64,000 bases of DNA from Octopus vulgaris (Eukaryota). The notes under the pieces were generated by a model. The model worked only from the letters and a program-made list of their open reading frames with translations. It did no database searches and was not told where the DNA came from. The stretch lies in NCBI GenBank assembly GCA_951406725.2, contig OX597841.1, positions 20,460,001-20,524,000 of the forward strand. Direction: 5' to 3'. Made by a program: the position numbers and the translations under genes. The first letter of the stretch is position 1, and every line of letters begins with the position of its first letter. This document shows positions 52,009 to 64,000 of this stretch, in pieces.

Positions 52009-53697
52009 TCTCTATATTATAATTCTGAAATGCAAAAAGTTTGTCTGGTTTTGGCATTGGAACGGGTTAAGGAGCACTAGATGGGGTCGGATTGGCTCCA
52101 AAATTTAGAGAGACATGTAAAATGAGGTGAGGATGCGAGTGGGCTAGGTTAGAAATCCCTATCTTAAAAGGTGTCGTTGCTAGGGTGAAAAACGCACACT
52201 TTGACAAGTCTACTCTCATTCTTTTATGTGTCTGTCTTCCTCCATCTCTCTCTCTTTCCTCCCTTCCTTTCACCTTCTCTCTATAACGTCACTTGATAGC
52301 ATCTATTATCTTTCCCCCGCCGCCTTCGCATTCTATTATCTGCCTATCTTCCTCCATCTCTCTCTCTCTCTCTCACCTCCCTTCCTTTCAATTTCTCTCT
52401 ATAACGTCGTTTGATAGCGTCTACTATCTTTCCTCTGCAGCCTTTGTCAGCGCTATCACTCTCGCTCTCTCTACGTCTGCCTGCATTCATAAAGAGAATT
52501 ATCATCGCCACCACCACCACCACGACACAATCATGAGAATCTTTCTCTTAAAACAAATCATCTTTAGGTTTCAAAATATTTCATTTTTCAGTCCTCTCTT
52601 TCATATATCACCTTTTCTTCCTCGATCTCTCTCTTTTCCCCCTTCTCTCCACGTTCTCTCTCTATAACGACGTTTGACACCTCCGCCGTCTCTCTTTCTT
52701 CTCTAACACGTCTCTCAATGTATTTCTGCTTGTATCTATAAAGACGAAACGTGACAACCGCAAAAGTTTAAATATCCCCACCACATTTCTTTCAGAAAAG
52801 TGAATTATTATCTCCCACCACCACCGCACAATTATAACAGATATTATTTATCAGAAGATATGCTATTATTTTGCGTGGATAAAAGATTTTAAGGAATTTA
52901 TTTCAGAAGATATGCTATTATTTTGCGTGGATAAAAGATTTTAAGGAATTTATTTGTATGCCCAAGGCGATCGTCATTAACAAAAATTTGTCGGTAAATT
53001 TGAAAAATTTTCCAGTTTTGAAATATTTACTTCTTAACTTATTTCATTCGTTTTCTCATTGTAAAACAAATCATCTTTAGGTTTCAAAATATTTTATTTT
53101 TCAGTCCTCTCTTTCATATATCACCTTTTCTTCCTCGATCTCTCTCTTTTCCCCCTTCCCTCCACTATCTTTCTATAACTACGTTTTGACTGCTTGCCAT
53201 GGTGAGTCTACTGTCGTGAGAAAGAATCACTTTAAAACTTAATGTTTAGGAATTTTCTTTTACATCAAGTTCAAAATTTTACGCCAGCTGTCCGTCATTA
53301 AGAAATGCCAGCCATGGTGACTCTACTCTCCTCAGATTCTATCCCTTCAAACTTTGGTTTCCAATATTTTAAAATTTTTATTCAGCTCGCAAGTTCGTCT
53401 GTCTTGAAGCAGACCTTTCCGTTGTCACTGCCTGATAGTTATGATTGATCTTTGAAAACATTTTCTTTCTCAACTTACTCAAGATCTTTTGTTGTTTATA
53501 AATGGGAGAGAGATAGATAGAGAGTAAGAGAAAGCGAGGGAAAGTCCGAGAGAAATGAAGAGTAAGAGAGTGGGAAAGTGAGAGAGAAAGGAGAGACAAA
53601 CAAAGAGTGACAATGTGGCAATAAGAAACAGGAAGGAAGCAACAGAAAGTAACAACCACACCCTCACCCGTGCGTAGAGCGGGTCACCTTAAGCTAG
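52009..53697 (+). mobile_element. Non-autonomous Helitron
   Basis: A|TC start, subterminal hairpin acccgtgcgtagagcgggt, CTAG|T end, no TSD; internal duplications (52550-52645 vs 53062-53160; tandem at 52851-52954). Confidence 0.75.
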
Positions 53698-53758
53698 TAT
53701 TCCTATATTTTTAAACATAACTTATACATGTGCACTTTTATAATATACTACATTAATG

Positions 53759-53892
<134 letters not shown>

Positions 53893-54605
53893 GTAAATAG
53901 ATAATACAGTTCTATATTTAAGAGATGAGGAATTATGTACCTAATTTACATTTGATGGACGTTTGTCCTAATCTTGTTTGTTGTTAACACACCGTTTCGG
54001 CTGATATACCCTCTAGCCTTCATCTAGTGTCTTCAGGAAGTTTCGAACCTGGGTTCTCATTCCTTAGGTATTTTTTTGATGTTATCATTATTATTATTAT
54101 TGAGTGAGAGAGCAGTGCATGCCATCAAAGTGACACTGGGGTAAAATAGATGAAGCCCAGTATACCCATCATGACTACCTGTCTGATAAGGGTACACCAG
54201 GTACATGCATCACAACAACATGTGTGCGACATGGTGATCTCATATCAAGATAAATAGCACATGACCTTGCAGGTGGGGCCCAGTAAGAATTTTCTTCTGG
54301 TTGAGTAACCCATCCTGCTCAAAAGGTCCCTGAATAAGGGTTATTTAAGGATGTTTAAAGAACCACCCATGTTTCCAGAGGTGAATAATTCAAACCCCAA
54401 AGAATCCCTCTCGACACATGACTATGATGCTACCCCACGACTTTTGCTCGTGATCAGAGATGCACATATTGTCAGCCAATAAGGGACATGCTCAACTGGT
54501 TAAGGTCAAACAGCTGACAAGCAAATCTGTGGTATTGAGCAGAATATTTGCTGTAGCCCATCTTTTATACCAAGACAAAATATATACATGCATGTATGTA
54601 TGTGA

Positions 54606-54652
<47 letters not shown>

Positions 54653-54927
54653 AGTATGTAAGTATGTATGTATATATATATATATATATCTGAAGTATTA
54701 AAATTAATCAAAGACATACTAAGTATGTCTACCTACTGGAAATAACAGACAAAATTTTATTTAAATCGCCAAAATAATTACAATACTAATTACAGAAAGC
54801 AACCGTCCAAAGACAATCTTTTAGCATACATTCAAGAATTTGGGCTCACGGGGACTGGTTTCTGGACTAGAATAATTGCATCACCTTGTTCTATATGCAT
54901 TACTATGATGGAGATCCCCAACCCCTC

Positions 54928-54987
<60 letters not shown>

Positions 54988-55905
54988 TTTTATGTATGTA
55001 TATATATAAGTATAGGGGAGAATTCACAAAAAAACAAAAGACAAAGACAGGTGATGTAGACAACAAACAGATGTATTAGTTTAACGCTCAGGAAGGTAGT
55101 GAGACATTAAGCTTTAATGTTTCGAGCCTACGCTCTTCCACAGAAAGGAACACAGAAATAAGCAGGGAGAGAAAATAAAGAATGTGTAGTGGCTAGCAAT
55201 CTATCGTGGTGAATGCCAGATAGAGGGTCACACAAGAGAGCTAGGGAGATGGGGAGATAATAAAGTGGTGGTGATTCCAAAATAAAGGTGCACGTGCGTG
55301 TATATAAGAGAGCATGTATGTTCATGTAGAAGAGGGCTGATGACCTTGACGTATGTGTGTGCGTGTGTAGGTGTGTGCGTGATAGTGTGGGGATGGGAAG
55401 TGGTCAGTGCTATGTGTGCATGGTGTGATGTGATGTGGTGCTGTGTGGTGTGATGGTGTTGGGATGTGGAGGAGGCAAGAGTGGGGAAAGGAAGGGAGAG
55501 GTGTAGGGAGAAAGTAGGTAGGAGTGAAGAGAAGTAGGAGCCAGAGCAAGAGAGGTGGGTGGAAGGAAGTAGGTGTCAGAGGAAGAGAAGAGAGGGGAGG
55601 AGGGTTAGATGAAAAGGGGAGGAGAGTTGATCCCATGTGGTGCAAAGGAGTGAAGAGAGAAGATTAATCCCTGTTCACGGCGAAGACAGGAGTCTGGATG
55701 GCCCCTCTGCGAGGACAGTCCAAACATAGACAGGTGTTGCAATGGTAGAGCGAAAATGGCACGTTTTTCGTTTTGCTATGAATTTGTGTCTGTGTGTGTA
55801 TGGCTTCACTGTCATATTGTCTCTGCTTATGTGAAAGAAATTTGTACCTGAATGGAGAAGTTAGTAAAATAGGTATATCTGAAGCATGAATGAATATACA
55901 TGTGC

Positions 55906-55973
<68 letters not shown>

Positions 55974-56075
55974 CGTGTATGTGTGTGCATGTTCTTTTAA
56001 AGAGAGAGAAACAGAGAGACAGAAAAATATAAAAATAGCAGCACCATTTCTTTGGAAATGGACAAAACACCCTCT

Positions 56076-56123
<48 letters not shown>

Positions 56124-56385
56124 GGTGTTTTGTCCACTTTCACAGTTTAACTATGATGATGATAATGATGATGATGGTGTGACCAGAGCTAAAGTGCCAA
56201 AATTTTAAAAGAATCAACACCTTTCAATCTCTCTCTCTCTTTCTCTCCCTCTCCCCCTCTCTCTCTCTTTCTGTTAGTCTATTTGGCTGGAAATTGTCCT
56301 GTGGTGAGAATGGTCAGTGTTCAAGACAATGACAACCATCACACCATATATATTTATTCACTTATTTATTCACTTATTTATTCAA

Positions 56386-56429
<44 letters not shown>

Positions 56430-56545
56430 TTTTATAATTATAAGCATAATTATAATTAGGGTTCAGCAAAAAATTTGCTTCACCACATACCGAAATTTAG
56501 AAATAGCAGTTAAAACTAGCTATTTCTCTACCATAAGAAAATCTC

Positions 56546-56619
<74 letters not shown>

Positions 56620-56766
56620 AGAGGTTAAATTAGCCTCATTACTGGTTCATTGCCTAATATTGTTGTGAATAATAATAATATTCATAAAATAATAAGTCTA
56701 TATATAAATCATGGTTTATAATCATTCAAAAGAAAATTAAGAAAATGGAGATATAGCATTTAATAA

Positions 56767-57102
56767 AAATTTATTATCTGCAAAAATCCAATATATTCTC
56801 TTACAGCTATTTCAGTTAAGCTAAAAGATTAAAATAGCAATTATATTAGTCAAAAACTTATCAGAGAGGTAAAAAAAAGATACATCATTAGGTTATTAGG
56901 TGTTATGTTTTCAAATCATTGTAGCAGTCTGCTGAGAAGATTTGCTGAGAACATAACACCTAATAACCTAATAGTATATCTTTTTTCTACCCCTCTGATG
57001 AGATTTGCCTTATATAATGATTTAATAATTGCTATTTTAATCTTTAAGCTTAATTGAAACAGCTGTAAGAGGATATTTTGGATTTTTGCAGATAATAAAT
57101 TT
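56767..57102. repeat. ~335-bp imperfect palindrome carrying inverted hammerhead motifs
   Basis: Arms of ~150 bp are reverse complements; see findings. Confidence 0.8.
56989..57073 (+). ncRNA. Type I hammerhead ribozyme motif
   Basis: cccct-CTGATGA-gatt...aatt-GAAAC-agct-G-TA-agagg; palindromic stem III CAGCTG. Confidence 0.65.
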
Positions 57103-57129
57103 ATATAACCCTAAGATAAATGTGGTAAG

Positions 57130-57955
57130 AAAGAAGATTAAAAACTTTCTTTCCATCAGGTAAATGGCCCTCCTTCACATGTAGGAAAGGAGTTGGAAGA
57201 AATTCCATTCGCTGCACCCAGTGTATACTATGGACACATAAGAGATGCAGAGGTATCACAGGCAGATTAGCAGATAAAGTAGTCTTTGTATGTGGCAGAT
57301 GTGCATGAACAATAATCACTAAGAGTACACAGGAATTAGATTCTCTCAAATGCCCAAGAGGCTCTCTTGCGGTTGTAGATAGTTTCTATTACCTAGGTGA
57401 CCAAATTAGCAATAGTGGAAGATGCTCTGAAAGTATTATTTGGGTGGAAGAAGTTCAGAGAGCTATTACCTGTCAGCAACAAAAGGCCACTCTCTCAGAG
57501 CGAAAGGTTGACCGTATGATGGTTGTGTATAAATGGCTATACTTCATGGTAGTGAGACATGAGCTCTGAATGCTGAAGACTTGCGTAGACTGGAGAGAAA
57601 TGAAGGTAGTTTGCTCTGTTGGATGTGCAATATTAGTGCACATGTACAACAAAAAGTGCAAATGTATTGAGAGGAAAGTTGGGAATAAAAGGAATCAAAT
57701 ATTGCATGCAAGAGAGATGGCTGTGTTGATTTGGAGCAAGAGAGATGGCTGTGTTGATTTGGACATGTGATGTGCATGAATGAAGATAGCTGCATAAAGA
57801 AGTGCTGATCACTGAAAGGGGATGGTACCCATGGAAGAGGGAAGAGACCCAGGAAGATGTGGGATGAAATGGTAAGGACTGATCTCAGGAAGTTGGACCT
57901 CACAGAGGAAATGATCATGGACCAAGATGTCTGGCAATATGAAGTTCTAGAAGTG
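57130..57955 (+). mobile_element. Older degenerate RTE LINE fragment
   Basis: Colinear with 26520-27250 but with many stops. Confidence 0.8.
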
Positions 57956-58719
57956 TTGTGTGTCCCTTAACACTTAACAAGAAAACTTATCACAAACCCT
58001 ACCCCAACGAACCAAACTACGTCTCTACATCTCTTCCTCACATTTCAGCTTTATGTTTTATGATTACCTCCCCCTCCCCAATCTTGTCCTCTTGGCCCAA
58101 TGCCACTGTATCATTGCTTGCCCCTGACCTGTGCATTCTACCCACATGCCTTGATTCACTCTATTATTGCCATCTGCTAGCTGCTCCCAATCTGGAAAAC
58201 TTTTCCCTCACCCTACCCCAACAAACCAATCTACATCTCTTTCTCACATTTCCTCCTCCATTCACTATGCCTAGCTCTCACTCCCCAATCCTGCCCTCAC
58301 ACCCCTGTTCCTCTGTATCATTGCTATCCAGTAGCCCCTCCAACTCTATATACCCAGGTCTTTTGCCACTTACTTGCACTCTTTAATTGCACTCCCTTCG
58401 CAATATCCTGTCATTTATATTATGGCATTTGAACCTCAAGGGTTCTCTCTCTTCCTTTACTCAACCATCTCATTTATACTCTGATCCCCATTCCTTGTGA
58501 GTATGCCCAGCATTTTGTCACCATCTCCATCTTGCAGTCTCCCACTTGCTCACTCTCACTCTCTCTCTCTCTCCTCCTGCACTTCCCTCAGGTTGGGCAA
58601 CCACGTATTTTCTTTGCAGTAGCACACCTCTTTCTGTCTTCATACCTGATCTTTACCTCTCTCTGGCCAGGTTGCCTTGTACTTCCTCTACAGCAAGACA
58701 CCTGCATCTGTCTCACTAT

Positions 58720-59078
58720 AACCTTTTCGTCATCACCTCTTAAAAGTTTTTGTCTTGCAAGTACTTGGTGACCCTGTCAGTGCAGGTGCCACTTAGAAGC
58801 ACCCAGCCCACATTGTAAAGTGATTGGTGTTAGAAAGAGCATCCAGCTGTAAAAATCTGGCCAAAACTCACCTCGCCTATGCTTGTGCCATGTAAAAGCA
58901 CTACTCACCTCAGCTGTACTTGTGCCACATAAAAAGCATTAAGTCCACTCTACTGAGGTGTTAGAAAGGGCATCCAGCTGTAAAAATCCTGCCAAAACAG
59001 TCACAGAAGTCTGGTGCCGGCTCCTGTGGTACCGTCCCACCCATGCTAGCATGGAACATTAAATGATAATGATGATGA
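58720..59078 (+). mobile_element. RTE 3'-UTR fragment with internal duplication
   Basis: ttagaaag..catccagctgtaaaa occurs twice; (GAT)n tail. Confidence 0.75.
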
Positions 59079-59256
59079 TCTCCATTTTCTTAATTTTCTT
59101 TTATATACTTACATAATGCATACATACATACATACAACACCCCTCAACTATTGTAGGTGTTACATATATATATGTGTATATATATATATATATATGTGTA
59201 TATATATATATATATCATCATCATCGTTTAACGTCCGCTTTCCATGCTAGCATGGG

Positions 59257-59291
<35 letters not shown>

Positions 59292-59689
59292 ATTTTGGTT
59301 AAGTCAGTTTCTTGCTGCTCTGAAGAGTACAGGATCTTCAATCAAATGTTGACAATGTCTGACAACTTGCCTGAAGATCCTACGGGTGAAAGTTGTAGGA
59401 GACAGAGACTAACTCAACCAAAATAAAATATTGTTAATCTTGACTATGGTAGTGAGAACTCTTTTTTTACAACAGTCCACACTAAAAGGATATGCATGTG
59501 TGTGTGTATATGTGTGCATACATGTAGTCATTGAAAAGGTTGCAAGTACCAACAAAAGAGCTTTGGCAAACAAAAACAAGACAAATTAGTCAGATATTTG
59601 GCCAATTGACTAATAATAAAGAAAAGGAGTGGAATTATACACATGTGGGTATTAATTAAATGTGCATAATGACTCTCCCTAGACACAAC

Positions 59690-59724
<35 letters not shown>

Positions 59725-59910
59725 GGAGAGCTAGGAAGACAGAGAGAGAGAAAGAGAGAGGAAGGAGAGTTGCATATACACACACATGTATAACACACAT
59801 GTACTCTTATGCACACAAGTATATATGTATATACATTGCTTATTGGTTTCTAGGGCCACTTTTGCTCGTCTCTTTGTGATTTATCCCAGAACCATCCCAT
59901 CTCACTCTGC

Positions 59911-59962
<52 letters not shown>

Positions 59963-61039
59963 TAAGTAAATATGTCTGCAACAGAATAGATTTTTTTCCC
60001 ACATATCCAAATATCTAACATCTACAACTACTACTACTACTACTACTACTACTAATACTACTACTACTACAACTACAAGTTCTGTGTAGCCTTCCTCTGC
60101 CATTGCTTGGTTCTTGATGCATTCTTCTGACACTGTCAGCTGCTGCAGCAACATTTGTGCATAAGGAATTGTTTTTGTTTTTGTATTTCTGTGTACAACT
60201 GTGCTGATACAATGTGACCGTGGTTGTATGAGTGTGTGCTATGGCAATGTGATCAATGGGAGATTACATAACACCATTTCAGTGACACATGTTTGCTCAC
60301 GAGACAACAACAGAACCTTTCATGTAATTCTTCTCTCTCTTCTGCCAGAAACAGCAAACAGCTTAATCAGACTATTGTCTTAAAAGAATGTTATAATGTG
60401 TATCTTCGTCCACTTGTATGTTAGTGTTGGCACAGTAATATTCTTGTCACCAATGTTACATTGTAGTGGTATTCCACGTCTTATTATCTTTGACTTGTCT
60501 ATTTTGCTATCACTGACAGCTCAGCAAGACAATAACTTTGAAACGTCTCCCTTGATGGTAACTTGAACTTGTGTATATCATATAACTGACACTGACTCCA
60601 ACTAAGAGACTTGGACAATGACTCTGCTACCACTACTACTAACCTCCTACAATGACTGACTGTCTGACTTCATAGTAGCTCTGGCAAGAAGAATATTGAG
60701 TTTTATTGGATAACCAGTTGATTTAGCAAGCAAGGCATCATATCAGTGAGGGGGGTGCACATTGATGCCGTCGCGAGGTAGGCCCTGAAATGGCATACAT
60801 TCCCTCCTGATGACCCAATACACTTGCTGGTTTCTGGTATGCAGAGTTCTTGACTGGAAGCACTTGCATGTGCAAGTTATTTGCAAAACATGTATGCGTG
60901 TGTGTATGTATACCTGTCTGTCTATGTATGTACGTAAGAATGTTTCTTCTATATTTTAATTATTATAAATCTTCCACTGAGGAGGGTGCTGGTTTCTAAC
61001 AAAGATACAAAGCTCCATCTCTATGATGTAGTTAACACA

Positions 61040-61610
61040 GACAAATTCACATTTGGAACTTGAGAAAAGTCTTGCATATTTTTATTGTTCCACTCACAGA
61101 TTGCACTTGTCATACGAATTAGCCGATCGATTTCTTTTTCTGAAAATCCCAGTTTATCCAGATTCTCCTTTAACAAAACCTAGTGCTCCAATTGTTATTG
61201 GTATGAATATGAATTCATAATCTGGATGTAGAAGCTGGAGGTTTCGAATCAGTCGTCCTTAGATATCCTATTTTCCTTTGATTTTCAAAGAGATATTTAT
61301 ATCTGCAGGCCATCTAACCTCTATGATGGTACATACCTTTGCCCCTCTGTTCCAAACAACAATATCCGTCTATATTCGACAGACGTTTTGATGGGAATAT
61401 TCCACCAATGTTCCTTGAATTGGTGTATTCCATAACAGGGAAATTTATTTCAAGACAGTCTTCCTTGCAGATGGCGCTGTAAATTGTTTTAGCAACAACA
61501 ACATGCTGCATAGGGAGGAAGTACCGTGATGACATTTTAGGACAGCTGCTAATCACATTCGTGACGTCTTCCACAGAATCATGACATAGCCTACACGTGC
61601 AGTTGAGCAT
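61040..61610 (-). mobile_element. R4/Dong-like (restriction-like endonuclease) LINE 3' fragment
   Basis: [19 protein letters not shown] zinc knuckle, [14 protein letters not shown] and FIPITIGALGFV motifs. Confidence 0.75.
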
Positions 61611-61656
61611 GTATGTATGCGTGTATGTATGTATGTATGTATGTATGTATGCATGC

Positions 61657-61703
<47 letters not shown>

Positions 61704-61718
61704 AATACATATATACAC

Positions 61719-61754
<36 letters not shown>

Positions 61755-62147
61755 TCTAGCTGTCTGGATGTTTTGCGTTTTTGTCCCATTTTTTTTCCTT
61801 TTTATATACATATTGCTTAATTTAATTCACCCTTTGTCGAAAAACGTCTGTTGTTATGTCCTGTTATTTGCATTTGTATTTGTGTACCATTTCTCGTTTT
61901 TTTTTCTATCCTTGTTTTTGTATACATTCACTGCTTTCTTCCAAGGAATCTAGTGCTCTTAGATTAGTTTTTTCTTGGGGCTGCCCAGATTGGAGCAATC
62001 TTGAGTATAACCAGCCAAAATTGCAACGATAATCTGGAACTTGACTGAGGAAAGAAAACTTCGAATCACCCGTCTATGTTTTTTCTTGTCCCTTTTTTGC
62101 ATCATCTCTCTGGATGTTTTGTGTTCTTGTCACATTTTTTATATTCC

Positions 62148-62219
<72 letters not shown>

Positions 62220-63058
62220 CTAGCTGATGTACCCAGTAATTCCCAGGAAAGTGGAGCTTATCCCTTGGTTCCATTCTCATAATTGTTTCGCTAATCAAAT
62301 AACAACAATACAAAATATGTAGCCCTTAAAACGGTTTTGTGCATTTACAGAGAATATCGAACTGTCTTACTCAGGATCTTGTTTTTAGGAATTCTCAATA
62401 AGTTATGAATACCCAAATTGTGAAGTCAGTTATGCAAAAACTTGGAATTAGTTACCTGATAGTAAGAATTCAAATAAAAAGGGCTTTAATTCATTCCCAG
62501 ATTATATAGAATTTAGGAGGAACACTAATAAGGTATGTATGCTAAACTCATGAAGCATGTTATACAATAGGCTAATCAGATATGAGATAATAACAATTCA
62601 AAGTGAACAACTCTGAAAAGGGCTTTTGTGCATTCCCAGAGAATATTACCCTCAGCAGTACTAGGGTCAATATATTCGCGAACAAGTCACTAACTGAAAT
62701 AAGTGGATCTGTTGTTTAGGAAAATATTATTTACTTGTTTAAAGGTTGTACGAGATAAATTGCGAAAATAATTCTAACAGATCAAATACTAAGAAGTAAG
62801 TAAAACTCAATTTGATTTATACCAAATGATTTAGGAAAATGAATGGGCTATTTCCCTTGGAAATATATTCCCTTAGATATATATTAGAATCCCTTCCAGG
62901 GGCTCTATTATCGCTTTTATTTCAACAATCTGAGCATGCCATGCGGTTTCCAGACATGAGTTCTACTCATGTGTCAAGATTCATTGATCAATAAAACGAT
63001 GTGGAAGGAGTTAGCTATCAACACACCCACAGACAGAATTTCCCACATATGTAGTATA
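62220..63058 (-). mobile_element. Non-autonomous Helitron-like element
   Basis: Minus-strand 3' end ...ctgggaattactgggtacatcagCTAG|T; putative 5' end near 63058. Confidence 0.5.
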
Positions 63059-63234
63059 CATACATATATATTCTTTGACTGCTATTTCTAAATTCGGTCT
63101 GTGGTAAGGCAATTCGTTGCTAAACCCTTTATTGCTTAGTATTACTTAAATTTTCTTCGAATGAGGCTTTTACATGCCGAAGACTACTTGGTGTAATTGA
63201 TAATTATTCCAAATTAATTAATTTCACCCTTCAT

Positions 63235-64000
<766 letters not shown>

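Overview
Eukaryotic, AT-rich and repeat-dominated DNA. The SINE, LINE and microsatellite repertoire resembles Octopus/cephalopod genomes (inference). One host gene can be assembled by eye on the minus strand from five phase-compatible GT-AG exons: 30668-29493, 14267-14202, 10657-10536, 6578-6401 and 744-647. It continues off the left edge, and its 5' exon was not identified. The protein has a TIR domain split at the BB-loop position by a ~187-aa low-complexity insertion, followed by a two-transmembrane region resembling TMEM268/DUF4481, i.e. a candidate membrane-anchored TIR fusion. The rest is introns and flanks filled with often nested mobile elements: tRNA-derived SINEs, CR1-group, RTE and R4/Dong LINEs, Penelope-like remnants with hammerhead-ribozyme motifs, mariner/Tc1, piggyBac, Chapaev3, Helitrons, MITE/foldback palindromes and long microsatellites. 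There is also one tRNA-Val(CAC) copy. All family assignments rest on recalled motifs, not database searches, and repeat boundaries are approximate unless termini are quoted.
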